The position numbers and the translations under genes are program-made. Positions 40,176-52,023 of a stretch of 64,000 nucleotides of DNA are shown here, piece by piece (the first letter of the stretch is position 1; each line of letters begins with the position of its first letter). The notes beneath the pieces were generated by a model. It saw nothing but the letters and a program-made list of their open reading frames with translations. It did not search any database and was not told where the DNA came from. Source of the stretch: Cryomorpha ignava (GTDB lineage: Bacteria > Bacteroidota > Bacteroidia > Flavobacteriales_F > PHOS-HE28); contig JBEBYG010000016.1 in NCBI GenBank assembly GCA_040391235.1, positions 1,977 through 65,976 on the forward strand, written 5' to 3'.

Positions 40176-42185
40176 TTAGTTGGATCCCGGCGCGCCCGCT
40201 CCACTCGCGGCAGGCACATAGTTGAAGCTCTTCACTGTGAATTCAACACGACGGTTCTTCTGGTGTGCGGCTTCCTTCTCCTCGTTGGTGGCCATCTTGG
40301 CGATTTCAGCGTCGCTGATCCTCAAGCGGGTTTCTCCATATCCCTTTGCCACCATGCGCGCTGGGTCGATGCCTTTGCTGATGAGGTAATTCACACAGCT
40401 CTGTGCCCGGTTCTGGGAAAGGGTCAGATTGCTCTTGTCGCTTCCACGGCTATCCGTGTGGGCGGCGAGTTCGATGATGATGGTCGGATTGTCCACCATC
40501 GTCTGATAGAGCATCTGCAACGAATCCTTACCAGCGGGGAGCAGTTCAGCGCTTCCCAAGGCAAAGAGCACCTCTGGCATCGCGATCACGGTATTCATTA
40601 CAGGCTGTAGCAGGTATTCCTTCACGAAAGTGGTGCTTTCCGTAAGCCCTACGGTGGTGATCTGGTCGTTCACTACCAAGTACTGGTCCTTGCTGGCCCG
40701 AATGGTGTAGCTGGTGTTCTCCTTGATATAGCGATCCTTGCCATTCTCTTCGAAGGTGAACCCTCCATTGGCATCGGCCAAAGTGCTGAAGTTGGAGCCA
40801 TCGGTACCCACGATCTCAACCTTAGCATCCGGCAGAGGCTCTCCGGTCTTCTTGTCCTTTACCACGCCTTGCAAGGCGAATACCATATCCGGCACATAGA
40901 AGCGCCAAATGTCATCCTCGCCTTTTCCGCCTGGCCGGTTGCTGGTAAAGAATCCGCGATCCTCATCGCCATCGAACACGATGCTGAAGTCGTCGCCTGC
41001 GCTGTTGATCGGAGATTTCATGTTCTCCACATGGCCCCATGTATCATCGCCGATCTTCTCCGCACGGAAGATGTCCAATCCACCCATGCCTGCCACGCCA
41101 TTGCTGGAGAAGTAGAGATCTCCGTTGTTCCTTAGGAAGGGGAACATCTCATTCATGGGGGTATTGATCTCCCTGCCTAGGTTGGTCACCGCACCTGTAG
41201 GCATGCCATTCTTGTCCAAGCTCACTTTCCAAAGGTCCTTACCGCCTTGGCCTCCTTTCATATTGCTGCTGAAAATGAGCAATTTATCATCCGGCGAAAG
41301 CGTAGGATGGCCGATGGTCACCATCATGGTATCGTCCTTATCCTGCTGTGGCTTCAGCGGCAGCATCACTGGCTCGCTGTAGTTGGTGCCTACTGTCTTT
41401 GATACCCAGATATCGCAACCAAATGCCTTCTTCTTCTCGTGTGGGCAGCGGGTGAAGTACATCATGTTCCGCTTGGAGTTGAAGGTGGCGCTTCCTTCGT
41501 GTGCCGGGGTATTGATCGTCGGTGGGAGGCGAACGGGCTCGCTCCATTTACCAAGCTTGTCGCGGCTGCTGGAAAACAGGTCGGTGAAGCTCTCTCCAAT
41601 GATACCGTCGGTCTCCGTGCCGGTGGATGCAGGCCTGCTGCTGGCGAAGACCACATCGCTGTTGCGCTTGTCGGAAAAGGTTGCACTGAAGTCGTACTGC
41701 GGGCTGTTCAGCAGTACCTCCGGATCCACCTTATAGCGGGTGGGGTCCTGCTTCCAAGCCTCCGCTTGCTGGCAGGAAGCGAGGCTGGCGTCGGCGCGCA
41801 TATCGCCAGGGTTCTTCTCCTTGTACTTGTTGTAGGCAGCAATGGCCTCGGCATACTTACCCTGCTCCTTCAATGCTTCACCGATGTAGTAGTACGTGAT
41901 AGGGTCAGGATACTGGGCCTTGTTGGCCTTCTCGTACCATACCTCGGCGTTCTCTGCATCGCCCAATGCCCGGTAGGTCTCTGCCACTTTGAAGATGAGG
42001 ACCGCCTTTTCGCTGGCCTTCTTTTCCGTTGTGTAGGCTTTCTTGTAGAGCTCTATCGCATTATAGAAAAAGCCCTTATTGAAAGCGGCATCGGCCTCCT
42101 CAGCCTGCTTTCCCTGCGCCATCGCTCCGGCGGTGCAGATCAATATGAAGGTGAAGCAGGTTAGGAACTTCTTCATGCTCATCAT
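40176..42185 (-). CDS. OmpA-family protein with N-terminal TPR and TolB-like beta-propeller region
   Basis: Signal peptide. TPR motifs. C-terminal OmpA domain ('ELAAHTDSRGSDKSNLTLSQNRAQS...NRRVEF'). Confidence 0.75.
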   Translation of the reverse strand: MMSMKKFLTCFTFILICTAGAMAQGKQAEEADAAFNKGFFYNAIELYKKAYTTEKKASEKAVLIFKVAETYRALGDAENAEVWYEKANKAQYPDPITYYYIGEALKEQGKYAEAIAAYNKYKEKNPGDMRADASLASCQQAEAWKQDPTRYKVDPEVLLNSPQYDFSATFSDKRNSDVVFASSRPASTGTETDGIIGESFTDLFSSSRDKLGKWSEPVRLPPTINTPAHEGSATFNSKRNMMYFTRCPHEKKKAFGCDIWVSKTVGTNYSEPVMLPLKPQQDKDDTMMVTIGHPTLSPDDKLLIFSSNMKGGQGGKDLWKVSLDKNGMPTGAVTNLGREINTPMNEMFPFLRNNGDLYFSSNGVAGMGGLDIFRAEKIGDDTWGHVENMKSPINSAGDDFSIVFDGDEDRGFFTSNRPGGKGEDDIWRFYVPDMVFALQGVVKDKKTGEPLPDAKVEIVGTDGSNFSTLADANGGFTFEENGKDRYIKENTSYTIRASKDQYLVVNDQITTVGLTESTTFVKEYLLQPVMNTVIAMPEVLFALGSAELLPAGKDSLQMLYQTMVDNPTIIIELAAHTDSRGSDKSNLTLSQNRAQSCVNYLISKGIDPARMVAKGYGETRLRISDAEIAKMATNEEKEAAHQKNRRVEFTVKSFNYVPAASGAGAPGSN

Positions 42186-42336
42186 CGGTTCGTTGTGTGG
42201 TGGCCCCTTTGGAGAATGTGGGGCCGGGCGAAAATAAGCAAAGTCCCCAATGGTTCACATAAATGCTCGCTTTTTAAGCCATGACCCGCTCTCCAGAGGG
42301 CCACAAAGGCTTACAGCGCGGACTTGCTGTGGGCGC

Positions 42337-44529
42337 TCACCTGGTAAAAAGCAGCTCCCTCATCTTGGGTAAAGGCCACAGTTCGTCATCCACCAGCAGC
42401 TCCAGTTTGTTGCTATGGTAGCGGATCTTGTCCAGAAATGGCTTCACCGTATCGCAGTAGGCGATGGCCTTTTCGCGCTCGTCCTGTAGGATATTGGCAG
42501 CCTTGCGTGCGTTGGTCATGGCCACGCTCAAGCTGCGTAGCTGTTCCATATGGGTACTGATCTTGCGGATCAGTTCCAACTGGACGCGAGAGGACTTTTC
42601 ACCTTCTTCCTTACCCAATACATCGAGCAGTCCGCGGACGTTCTGGATCAATCGGTTCTGGTAATGCACCGCCGCCGGGAGCACATGGTTGGTGGCCATG
42701 TCGGCACAAACGCGTGATTCGATCTGGATCTTCAAGGTATAGCTGTGTAGCTCGATGTCATGGCGAGCGTTCAGCTCCCTCTCGGTGAGAACCCCCATGT
42801 CATTGAACAGCTTCTTGGTGCTCTTTTCGTTCCACGCATCCAAGGCACGAGGCGTATCCTCGAGGTTCTTCAGGCCGCGCTTCTTCGCCTCGGCTTTCCA
42901 TTCGTCCCCATATCCGTTCCCTTCGAAGCGGATGTCCTTGCTGCGCACGATCAGGTCGCGGATGGTGCGCAGGATGGCCTCATCCTTCTTCACCCCCTTG
43001 CCGATCAATGCATCCACATCCACCTTGAATGCCTTTAGCTGCGCGGCAACGACGGTATTGAGCACGGTCATGGATGCTGCGCAGTTCGCGCTGGAGCCCA
43101 CCGCGCGGAACTCGAACTTGTTGCCTGTAAAAGCAATTGGCGAGGTGCGGTTGCGATCGGTATTGTCCAGAAGCACCTGTGGGATCCTCCCGATGTCCAG
43201 CTTCAGCTCGGTCTTGCTGGAAGGACTCATGCTCGTCTTGATGCTCTTCTCCAGATCGTTCAGCAGGTCGGTGAGGTACTTGCCGATGAATACGCTGATG
43301 ATGGCCGGCGGGGCCTCATTGGCGCCAAGCCGGTGATCGTTGTTCGCTGAGGCGATGCTGGCACGCAGCACATCGGCGTGTGCATGAATGGCTGCGATGG
43401 TGCTGACGAAGAAAGCGAGGAACTGGATGTTCTCCCGGGGTGTTTTGGCGGGCCGCAACAGGTTCACTCCTGTATCAGTGGCCAAGCTCCAGTTGTTGTG
43501 CTTGCCGCTGCCATTGACGCCTGAGTACGGCTTTTCGTGGAAAAGCACCCGCATATCATGCTGTCGCGCGGTCTTCTCCATCACATCCATCAACAGCATG
43601 TTGTGATCCACCGCGAGGTTCATCTCCTCATACACGGGAGCGCACTCAAACTGGTTCGGAGCGACCTCATTGTGGCGAGTTTTCACGGGTATGCCCAGCT
43701 TGAGGACCTCGGTCTCGAAATCGCGCATAAAAGCTTGGCTGCGCTCCGGAATGCTCCCGAAGTAGTGGTCCTCCAGTTGCTGTCCGCGGGCGGGGCCATG
43801 CCCGAAGAGGGCCCTGCCGGCCATCATGATATCCGGCCGAGCAAAGTAGAAGGATTCATCGATGAGAAAGTACTCCTGCTCCCAGCCCAAGGTGGCGATC
43901 ACCTTCTCCACGTTCTTATCGAAATAGCGGCAGATGGCGGTGGCGGATTCATCCAACGCCCGGATCGAACGCAGTAGGGGTGTCTTGAAGTCCAACGCCT
44001 CCCCTGTGTAGCTTACGAAGATGGTGGGAATGCAGAGCGTGCGGTGAATGAGGAACGCCGGGCTTCCCGGGTCCCATGCGGTATAGCCGCGGGCTTCGAA
44101 CGTGTTGCGAATGCCGCCGCTGGGGAAGCTACTGGCGTCGGGTTCCTGCTGAACGAGCATGCCGCCATCGAATCGTTCAATGCTGCGCCCATCGCCCAAG
44201 GGTTCGAAGAATGCATCGTGCTTTTCGGCGCTGGAACCGTTGAGCGGCTGGAACCAGTGGGTATAGTGCGTGGCCCCTTTGCTTGCGGCCCATTCCTTCA
44301 TGCCGCTGGCAACCTGATCGGCCAGCCGGCGATCGATGCGCTCGCCGCGGTCGATGGCCGAGCGTACGGCGCGATAAGCATCCTCCGTAAGGAACATGCG
44401 CATAGCCCCTTCATTGAACACATTCACGCCGAAGTAGTCGCTGATGCGGCTGCTGGGTGGTTCTGTATGCTTGGGCTGTCGGCCGAGCACATCAGAGAGC
44501 GCCTTCGAACGCAAATTGGGGGTAGTCAT
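42337..44529 (-). CDS. glnN: Glutamine synthetase type III
   Basis: 730 aa. GSIII N-terminal signature 'ISDYFGVNVFNEGAMRMFLTEDAYRAV...HYTHWFQPL'. Confidence 0.85.
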   Translation of the reverse strand: MTTPNLRSKALSDVLGRQPKHTEPPSSRISDYFGVNVFNEGAMRMFLTEDAYRAVRSAIDRGERIDRRLADQVASGMKEWAASKGATHYTHWFQPLNGSSAEKHDAFFEPLGDGRSIERFDGGMLVQQEPDASSFPSGGIRNTFEARGYTAWDPGSPAFLIHRTLCIPTIFVSYTGEALDFKTPLLRSIRALDESATAICRYFDKNVEKVIATLGWEQEYFLIDESFYFARPDIMMAGRALFGHGPARGQQLEDHYFGSIPERSQAFMRDFETEVLKLGIPVKTRHNEVAPNQFECAPVYEEMNLAVDHNMLLMDVMEKTARQHDMRVLFHEKPYSGVNGSGKHNNWSLATDTGVNLLRPAKTPRENIQFLAFFVSTIAAIHAHADVLRASIASANNDHRLGANEAPPAIISVFIGKYLTDLLNDLEKSIKTSMSPSSKTELKLDIGRIPQVLLDNTDRNRTSPIAFTGNKFEFRAVGSSANCAASMTVLNTVVAAQLKAFKVDVDALIGKGVKKDEAILRTIRDLIVRSKDIRFEGNGYGDEWKAEAKKRGLKNLEDTPRALDAWNEKSTKKLFNDMGVLTERELNARHDIELHSYTLKIQIESRVCADMATNHVLPAAVHYQNRLIQNVRGLLDVLGKEEGEKSSRVQLELIRKISTHMEQLRSLSVAMTNARKAANILQDEREKAIAYCDTVKPFLDKIRYHSNKLELLVDDELWPLPKMRELLFTR

Positions 44530-44822
44530 GTGGAAAAGGTTGTTTTGCGCCGCGAAAGTATGTTTCTGAAGGGGTGCCTACCCGAAACCACTTCATTATT
44601 TTTACGAACAGGGCGTGAGAACAGGGGGGAGTGCCTCGGATCCTTAAGATTTGCAACTCATCGGATGTCACTTCGAAAGCACGGGAGCATGCCACCGAGA
44701 TGGATGTATCCGGTTTTCGCACTCCCGACCGGCGATGATCGAATAAACGTCGATGGTCTGTCTTCGTCCGACGCCGGTTGCATGGCATCGGTGCCACCAG
44801 AGGACGGCCGCGCGTGGCGCGT

Positions 44823-45197
44823 CTACGGCTTCTCCTCCGGGCTCACCTCACCTATCGATGCGGGGGCATGTTCCGGCGTGATAGCGGTGGCTGCCGGCAC
44901 CTCCACTTCCGGAGAAGCTGAGCTGTCCTCCTGTTGTGCCGGCTTCTGCGGAGCCGCGTGTTCAGGCGGTTCGATCCGGAACGTCTTCTTCTGCTCCTCG
45001 AAGCCCTTGCGAACATCGCTGGCTCCCTTCTCGATCTCCCGCTGCACATCGGCACTGGCATCACGCAGTTGGCGCAGCGTGCGCCCCATGGTACGAGCCA
45101 CCTCCGGCACCCCCTTGCTTCCGAAGAAGAGAAGTACAAAAAGCAGCACTACGAGTAATTCGCCGCCGCTGACATCCAAAAAGAGAAGTACGCTCAT
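44823..45197 (-). CDS. tatA: Twin-arginine translocase TatA/E-family subunit
   Basis: N-terminal TM followed by 'FGSKGVPEVARTMG' amphipathic hinge. Acidic/Pro-rich tail. Confidence 0.65.
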   Translation of the reverse strand: MSVLLFLDVSGGELLVVLLFVLLFFGSKGVPEVARTMGRTLRQLRDASADVQREIEKGASDVRKGFEEQKKTFRIEPPEHAAPQKPAQQEDSSASPEVEVPAATAITPEHAPASIGEVSPEEKP

Positions 45198-45264
45198 CGA
45201 GGGGGTAAAAGTAGGAAGCCCCGCCGAGGGCGAGGCTTCACATACTGATAAATTGGGTCGGAGC

Positions 45265-48200
45265 TTACTTCTTCGCCGTTAATCCGGTCTCATCCTTATG
45301 TAGATCCACCACCAAGGCGGACGCGATAAAGATGGAGGAATAGGTACCCACACCGATACCGATCAACATCGCGAAGACGAAGCCCTTGATGGAGTCCGCA
45401 CCGAAGATGAAGATCACCAGGAGCACGATCACCACTGTCAAGGAAGTGTTGATCGTACGACCCAAGGTGGAGTTGATCGCCTTGTTGAAGATCTGGCCCC
45501 ATGGATCCCGCTTATGGTCCTGCAGGTACTCACGGATCCTGTCATACACCACCACCGTATCGTTAATGGAGAAGCCGATCACTGTAAGGATCGCCGCAAT
45601 GAATTGCTCATCGATCTCCATGCTGAACGGCATGATCGAATAGAATAGGGAGTAGACCCCCATCACGATCAAGGCATCGTGCATCAAGGAGAGCACAGCT
45701 CCCAAACCGAATTGCCAGTTCCGGAAGCGGAACACGATGTACAGGAAGATGAAGATCAGCGAGATGCCCACGGCCCAGATCGCGTGGTTTCGGATGTCAT
45801 CACTGATGGTGGGATCCACCTTTCTCGATTCCAATGGCGGAGTTCCTCCCAAACTGGCCAACGCTGTATTGAGCTTTCCTTCCACCACTTGGTCCGCACC
45901 AGGGACGGTACTGCCGATCATATAGTTGGTGGTGATCTTCAATTGGTCGCTTCCTCCGTAGGTCTTCACGTTCACGGAGCTACGGGTGTTATCATCGGAT
46001 TGGAATGCACCCTCCAAGGCGGAGCGGACCTGTTCCACATCCACGGCTTTATCAAACTTCACCACATACTGGCGACCGCCGGAGAAATCCACGCCGTAGT
46101 TGAAGCCACGGGTGAACATGGAGACAAGACCGATGGTAATGAGGGAGCCGGAGATGATGTAGAATATCCCTCGGCGCTTCATGAAATCAATCGTGGTGTT
46201 GGCGAAGATGTCCTTGTTCCAGTTGTGCCAGAAGCTGAGCGTCTTGCCGTTTTCCAAACGACGGTCGATGATGAGACGGCTGATGAAAATGGCCGTAAAG
46301 AGCGAAGTGAGGATACCGATGGCCAAGGTGGTTGCAAAGCCTTTCACGGGTCCGCCTCCGAAGAACAGGAGGATGATAGCCGTTGCAAACGTGGTGATGT
46401 TGGAGTCCAAAATGGCGGAGAGCGCATGCTTGTATCCCAAGTCAACCGCAGTCTTCACTGCCTTTCCATTGCGCAATTCCTCCCGGATGCGTTCATTGAT
46501 GAGCACGTTGGCATCCACGGCCATACCCACCGTAAGGATGATACCTGCAATACCCGGCAGCGTAAGGGAGGCCTGTATGGAGGCCAAGGTGCCGAGGAGG
46601 ATAAAGATGTTGGCGAGCAAGGCCACGTTGGCCACCCAGCCTGAACCGTTGTAGTAGAGTACCATGAACGCCATCACCAAGATGATGGACAGGAGGAAAG
46701 ACCACATGCCGCGGCTGATGTTCTCTGCGCCAAGGGATGGACCAACAACAGTCTCGTCGATAATGCGGGCCGGGGCCGGCAAGGCACCTGCCTTCAGCAC
46801 GTTGGCCAAGTCAGTTGCATCCTCCAACTGCTTGTTGCGGTCATCCGCGCCACCCATGGTGATACTACTGCGTCCGCCGGGGATCTCCCCCATCACGTTC
46901 GGTGCAGAAACCACATAACCGTCCAGAACAATAGCGATCTGCTTGCCCACGTTCTCGCCCGTCATCAGCTTCCACTTCTGGGCGCCTTCGGCGTTCATCT
47001 GCATGCTCACTTCAGCATCGCCCTTCATATCGAAGTCCTGACGTGCATCGGTGATATAGCTTCCATCCAGCTTTGGCTTTCCACCACGGGGGCCACGAAG
47101 GGCGTGCAAGGCGAGGAAGTCGCGCTCCTTACCATCCGCAGTTCCCATGCGAACGGGCTTGGCGCTCCATGCCAGCTTCAGTACTTGGCTGGGGTCCGGA
47201 CTCTTGGGCGGGGCCATGGCGAGAAGCTTGTTCACCATCGCAGTATCCGATACAGCTGCATAGCCTACCACATCACCACGCACCACTTGGTTATTCATGA
47301 TGTTCAACTGCAGGCGGCCTTGGTTCAGCAATGGGCTCTTGGCCAGGCTCTCCGCATCGGTGAGCTGGGTATCCCCGCTCAGGGTGTCGGTAAGCAATGC
47401 ATCAGCCAAGCTGTCCTCGCTAAGAGTACCCGTAGTATCGGCGGCTGCTTTGGAAATGGAATCGGAGGTCAAGGCCAGCTTTTCTGCTGCCTTCACGCTG
47501 TCCTTGCGGGCAAGATCGGGGTGCAGCATGGTGCTCAAGCGGTCATTCGCCTCGGAGAGCTTCATGTACACATCGTTGTTGTCGAAGGTCTCCCAGAACT
47601 CAAGGTTGGCCGTGCTCTGAAGCACGTTACGCACACGGTCCTTGTCCTTTACACCCGGAAGTTCGATCTGGATGCGGCCGGAAAGGCTCTGCTTCTGGAT
47701 GCTGGGCTGCGCCACGCCGAACTTGTCGATACGTGTGCGGAGGATCTTCTCGGTGTTGTTCAACGCGATCTGCGCCTGATCCCGCAAGGAGGCGATCACC
47801 TGGGCGTTGGTACTTTCCCGGGGGAACATCGCCGCATTGTCCTGCGAGCTGAAGATGGCAGCCAAGCTTCCATTGGGTGCAACCTTCTTGAACTCATCAT
47901 CGAACAGGGTAATGAAATCCCGGGTGCTTGATGAGAGCTGCTTCCGTGCGCCTTCCCATGCGGAACGGAACGCGGGATCCTGGCTGTTACCGCTCAGGTT
48001 ATCCACCAGATCGGGGATGTCCACCTCCAAGGTAACGGCCATACCGCCCTTGAGGTCGAGACCCAGGTTCATCTCTTTCTCCTTACACTCCTTGTAGGTA
48101 TAGCCCAGCACGGGGTACACCACTTCATCGTCATGCTCGCGGATGTAGCGGTTCTCGTGGGAGAGCCTTACGGAGTCGAAGTCCATTGCCGCATTCGCCG

Positions 48201-48348
48201 GAACGGTGAGTACGGAATCGGCATATTCGGTGGCCACCTGAGTTGCCTTTCGTTCGAACTTGCTGGTGAAGATGGAGAACGACAACTGCCAGAGGCAAGC
48301 GAGCGTCAACAGGATGGTGAACACCCAGAGCGCACCTTTATTCTGCAT
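45265..48348 (-). CDS. secDF: Protein translocase subunit SecDF (fused)
   Basis: 1027 aa with duplicated 6-TM SecD/SecF cores and periplasmic domains. Confidence 0.9.
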   Translation of the reverse strand: MQNKGALWVFTILLTLACLWQLSFSIFTSKFERKATQVATEYADSVLTVPANAAMDFDSVRLSHENRYIREHDDEVVYPVLGYTYKECKEKEMNLGLDLKGGMAVTLEVDIPDLVDNLSGNSQDPAFRSAWEGARKQLSSSTRDFITLFDDEFKKVAPNGSLAAIFSSQDNAAMFPRESTNAQVIASLRDQAQIALNNTEKILRTRIDKFGVAQPSIQKQSLSGRIQIELPGVKDKDRVRNVLQSTANLEFWETFDNNDVYMKLSEANDRLSTMLHPDLARKDSVKAAEKLALTSDSISKAAADTTGTLSEDSLADALLTDTLSGDTQLTDAESLAKSPLLNQGRLQLNIMNNQVVRGDVVGYAAVSDTAMVNKLLAMAPPKSPDPSQVLKLAWSAKPVRMGTADGKERDFLALHALRGPRGGKPKLDGSYITDARQDFDMKGDAEVSMQMNAEGAQKWKLMTGENVGKQIAIVLDGYVVSAPNVMGEIPGGRSSITMGGADDRNKQLEDATDLANVLKAGALPAPARIIDETVVGPSLGAENISRGMWSFLLSIILVMAFMVLYYNGSGWVANVALLANIFILLGTLASIQASLTLPGIAGIILTVGMAVDANVLINERIREELRNGKAVKTAVDLGYKHALSAILDSNITTFATAIILLFFGGGPVKGFATTLAIGILTSLFTAIFISRLIIDRRLENGKTLSFWHNWNKDIFANTTIDFMKRRGIFYIISGSLITIGLVSMFTRGFNYGVDFSGGRQYVVKFDKAVDVEQVRSALEGAFQSDDNTRSSVNVKTYGGSDQLKITTNYMIGSTVPGADQVVEGKLNTALASLGGTPPLESRKVDPTISDDIRNHAIWAVGISLIFIFLYIVFRFRNWQFGLGAVLSLMHDALIVMGVYSLFYSIMPFSMEIDEQFIAAILTVIGFSINDTVVVYDRIREYLQDHKRDPWGQIFNKAINSTLGRTINTSLTVVIVLLVIFIFGADSIKGFVFAMLIGIGVGTYSSIFIASALVVDLHKDETGLTAKK

Positions 48349-48525
48349 GTGGAAAACTGATTTGTTTTTCAGATATCGCCGCCTGACCCTATCTCAGGTC
48401 CGGTCAACGGGGCGGCAAATATAGAAGGATAGGCACGCGACACGACCACAGAAACGTTGTTGATCGGATTTCAGTAAAAAAAGCGGCTCTCCCGAGGGCG
48501 TGAAGCGCTCTATCGGTACCTTCGC

Positions 48526-50823
48526 ATGGCCCTTGGATCTTACATGGCTCCACATCCCCCTCCCCCCGTGATCATTCGCATTCTTCCTCTTCTTCTGGTG
48601 CTCTGCACCCCATACCTGTCCGTCGCTCAGGACAGCCTCACTTTCGACGCTCACATTCCTGTGCAAAAAGCGGGAATTCCCCTCTCCATGCCTTGGGTAG
48701 GTGGCCTGAATGCGCCTCAATTCTCATCCATTGACCTGAACCAGGATGGGCTGATGGACCTATTCCTGTTTGACCGCGCGGGTGATCGACCGATCTTTCT
48801 GTTGAACACAGGAACAGCCGACCAACCACTGTACTCACCCACGCGTGCTTATGACAATGTGCACCCGTTCCCCTTGTTGCATGGATGGGCATTGCTCCGC
48901 GATTACAATTGCGATGGCAAGGCCGACATCTTCGCATACACCAGTGGAGCCTTCGCGGTGTACCGCAACACCAGCGATGCCTCCGGCCTATCCTTTACGT
49001 TGATGGATGATCAGGTAGGGAGCAACTATGTGCCTACCAACAGCCCCAACCTCTATATCACCGATGTGGACCTACCGGGCATTGCGGATATCGATGGTGA
49101 TGGAGACATGGATATACTGACCTTCAGTATCTGGGGAAACTTTCTGGAGTACCACAAGAATTTGAGCATGGAGCTCTATGGCACATGCGATAGTCTTGTC
49201 TATGAGGTACGAAGCCGTTGCTGGGGTGAATTCCAAGAGTCGGTGGACGGCAGTTCCATTGTATTGAACGCCCCCTGCCCAGATAACGTGGCTAACCCTG
49301 AATTCACCTTGGGCGATGATGGTAGCATCCGCCCGAACGATACGGACCGTGCCCATTCCGGCAGTGCGATCCTTCCCTTGGACCTGGATGGGGACGGGGA
49401 CATGGACCTCATATTGGGCGATCTGCTCTTTCCTCACATCACGGCATTGATAAACGGCGGAACCGTGGGCCACGCACACATGGTCTCCAAGGATAGCCTG
49501 TTCCCCAGCTACAACCAGTCCGTGAACATGGAGCAATTCCTGGGCAGCTTCTATATCGATATCGATGGCGATGGGTTGAGGGACCTGGTGGTGGCGCCCA
49601 ACTCCGCGTCGGCGGCAGAGAACGCCCACGGAATTTGGTTTTACAAGAACATTGGTACGGATGCAGCACCCGTGTTCCAGTTCCAGCGGGACAACCTTTT
49701 CCAAGGGGACATGCTGGACTTTGGTGAAGGCGCCCGTCCGGTGCTCTTCGACCATAATGGGGATGGCTTGATGGATCTTGTAGTGGCGAATGAAGGCTAT
49801 TTCCAGCCAGGTGCCACGTATCAAGGCAGGTTGGCCTTGTTGGAGAACATCGGAACTGCCACAGCACCAGCGTTCAATTTGGTAACGACCGACTATGGGC
49901 AGCTGGCCGGCCAGGGATTCGGACCCGGCGTTCATCCCGCCTTTGGCGATGTGAATGGCGATGGGAAGCAGGACATGATCCTGGGGGATCTCGCCGGGAA
50001 CCTGCACTTGTTCCTCAACACCTCCAGCGGCCCGGTGGCCCAGTTCCAGCTATCCCAACCGCTGATCACCAATGATGGCGGCACCGTGATCGATGTGGGT
50101 GCCAATGCCACGCCGCAACTTTTCGACCTGGATGACGACGGGCTGCTCGACCTGATAGTGGGAGAACGCAATGGCAACCTGAACTACTATCGCAATGCGG
50201 GAACCGCGGAAGCCCCTTCCTGGCACTTGGAAAGCCAGTCCTTGGGCGGAGTGCTTGTGAACGAATACTGGAGCACCACGGGCTATAGCGTACCCTTCTT
50301 GTATTCGGATGATGAAGGCGAGAAGCTGTTCTACTCCGGCAGCGAGGTGGGTGGCATACACCGCTACGATGGCATTACCGGCAACGAGACGGGCATTTGG
50401 AACCTGACGGACAGTATTTGGAAGGGTTTCCACGAGGGTATCCGGACCGCCATCGCTCTGTATGACTTTACGGGCGACGGTAAACTGGATGCTATTCTGG
50501 GGAATTATCGCGGTGGCCTCAGCTTCTGGTCCAGCGGTTCGGCTACCGAGCCTTCAGCCATTCGGGAAAACTTGGCCGTCAGCCCGTTCAGCTTGGCCCC
50601 CAACCCTGCCCAAGGCTATGTGGACATCCGCTGGCATGCACCCTTGACGTCTTCACTGCAAGTGGACCTCATGGATGGGTTAGGCCGTACCGTGCGCACC
50701 CTGACCATGGACCGGTCCATGGTTCGCATGGAGTTGGACGGGCTCTCCTCGGGACTATACACGGTGCTCCTGCGAACACCGAATGCCACTTGGACACAGC
50801 GCTTGGCGCTGGTGCAGCGTTGA
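48526..50823 (+). CDS. FG-GAP/VCBS-repeat protein with T9SS (type A) C-terminal domain
   Basis: Seven or more 'D.DGDG..D' Ca-binding repeat loops. C-terminal 'LAPNPAQGYVDIRW...GLYTVLLRT' sorting domain. Confidence 0.7.
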   Translation: MALGSYMAPHPPPPVIIRILPLLLVLCTPYLSVAQDSLTFDAHIPVQKAGIPLSMPWVGGLNAPQFSSIDLNQDGLMDLFLFDRAGDRPIFLLNTGTADQPLYSPTRAYDNVHPFPLLHGWALLRDYNCDGKADIFAYTSGAFAVYRNTSDASGLSFTLMDDQVGSNYVPTNSPNLYITDVDLPGIADIDGDGDMDILTFSIWGNFLEYHKNLSMELYGTCDSLVYEVRSRCWGEFQESVDGSSIVLNAPCPDNVANPEFTLGDDGSIRPNDTDRAHSGSAILPLDLDGDGDMDLILGDLLFPHITALINGGTVGHAHMVSKDSLFPSYNQSVNMEQFLGSFYIDIDGDGLRDLVVAPNSASAAENAHGIWFYKNIGTDAAPVFQFQRDNLFQGDMLDFGEGARPVLFDHNGDGLMDLVVANEGYFQPGATYQGRLALLENIGTATAPAFNLVTTDYGQLAGQGFGPGVHPAFGDVNGDGKQDMILGDLAGNLHLFLNTSSGPVAQFQLSQPLITNDGGTVIDVGANATPQLFDLDDDGLLDLIVGERNGNLNYYRNAGTAEAPSWHLESQSLGGVLVNEYWSTTGYSVPFLYSDDEGEKLFYSGSEVGGIHRYDGITGNETGIWNLTDSIWKGFHEGIRTAIALYDFTGDGKLDAILGNYRGGLSFWSSGSATEPSAIRENLAVSPFSLAPNPAQGYVDIRWHAPLTSSLQVDLMDGLGRTVRTLTMDRSMVRMELDGLSSGLYTVLLRTPNATWTQRLALVQR

Positions 50824-50855
50824 GTTCGGAGCAGCGCTACATCCACTGAAAAAGG

Positions 50856-50880
50856 AATGGGGCGCTTTCGGCGCCCCATT
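50856..50880. terminator. Bidirectional terminator between the FG-GAP gene and mdh
   Basis: 10-bp perfect stem 'aatggggcgc/gcgccccatt'. A T-run follows on the minus strand. Confidence 0.65.
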
Positions 50881-50906
50881 CTTCAATTGGATAGATCAGC
50901 AAATGA

Positions 50907-51851
<945 letters not shown>

Positions 51852-52023
51852 TTAGCTTCTTAAATGAAATGAGTGCTGGCTACTCGGCCATGGGACAAAA
51901 TTAGTGGACCTGTGGTAACGGTCGCCAAAAGTCCCAAACAACCTTTCCACCATCGTTGTACGTCATACAAGATATTCACTTGAATTCCACGGCTCAACAG
52001 CGATCCCAGCCCGATCCCCTATC

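Noticed and set aside
45679-47931. 321-aa and 275-aa plus-strand ORFs
   Set aside because: Antisense to secDF.
49072-50007. 311-aa minus-strand ORF
   Set aside because: Antisense to the FG-GAP/T9SS gene.
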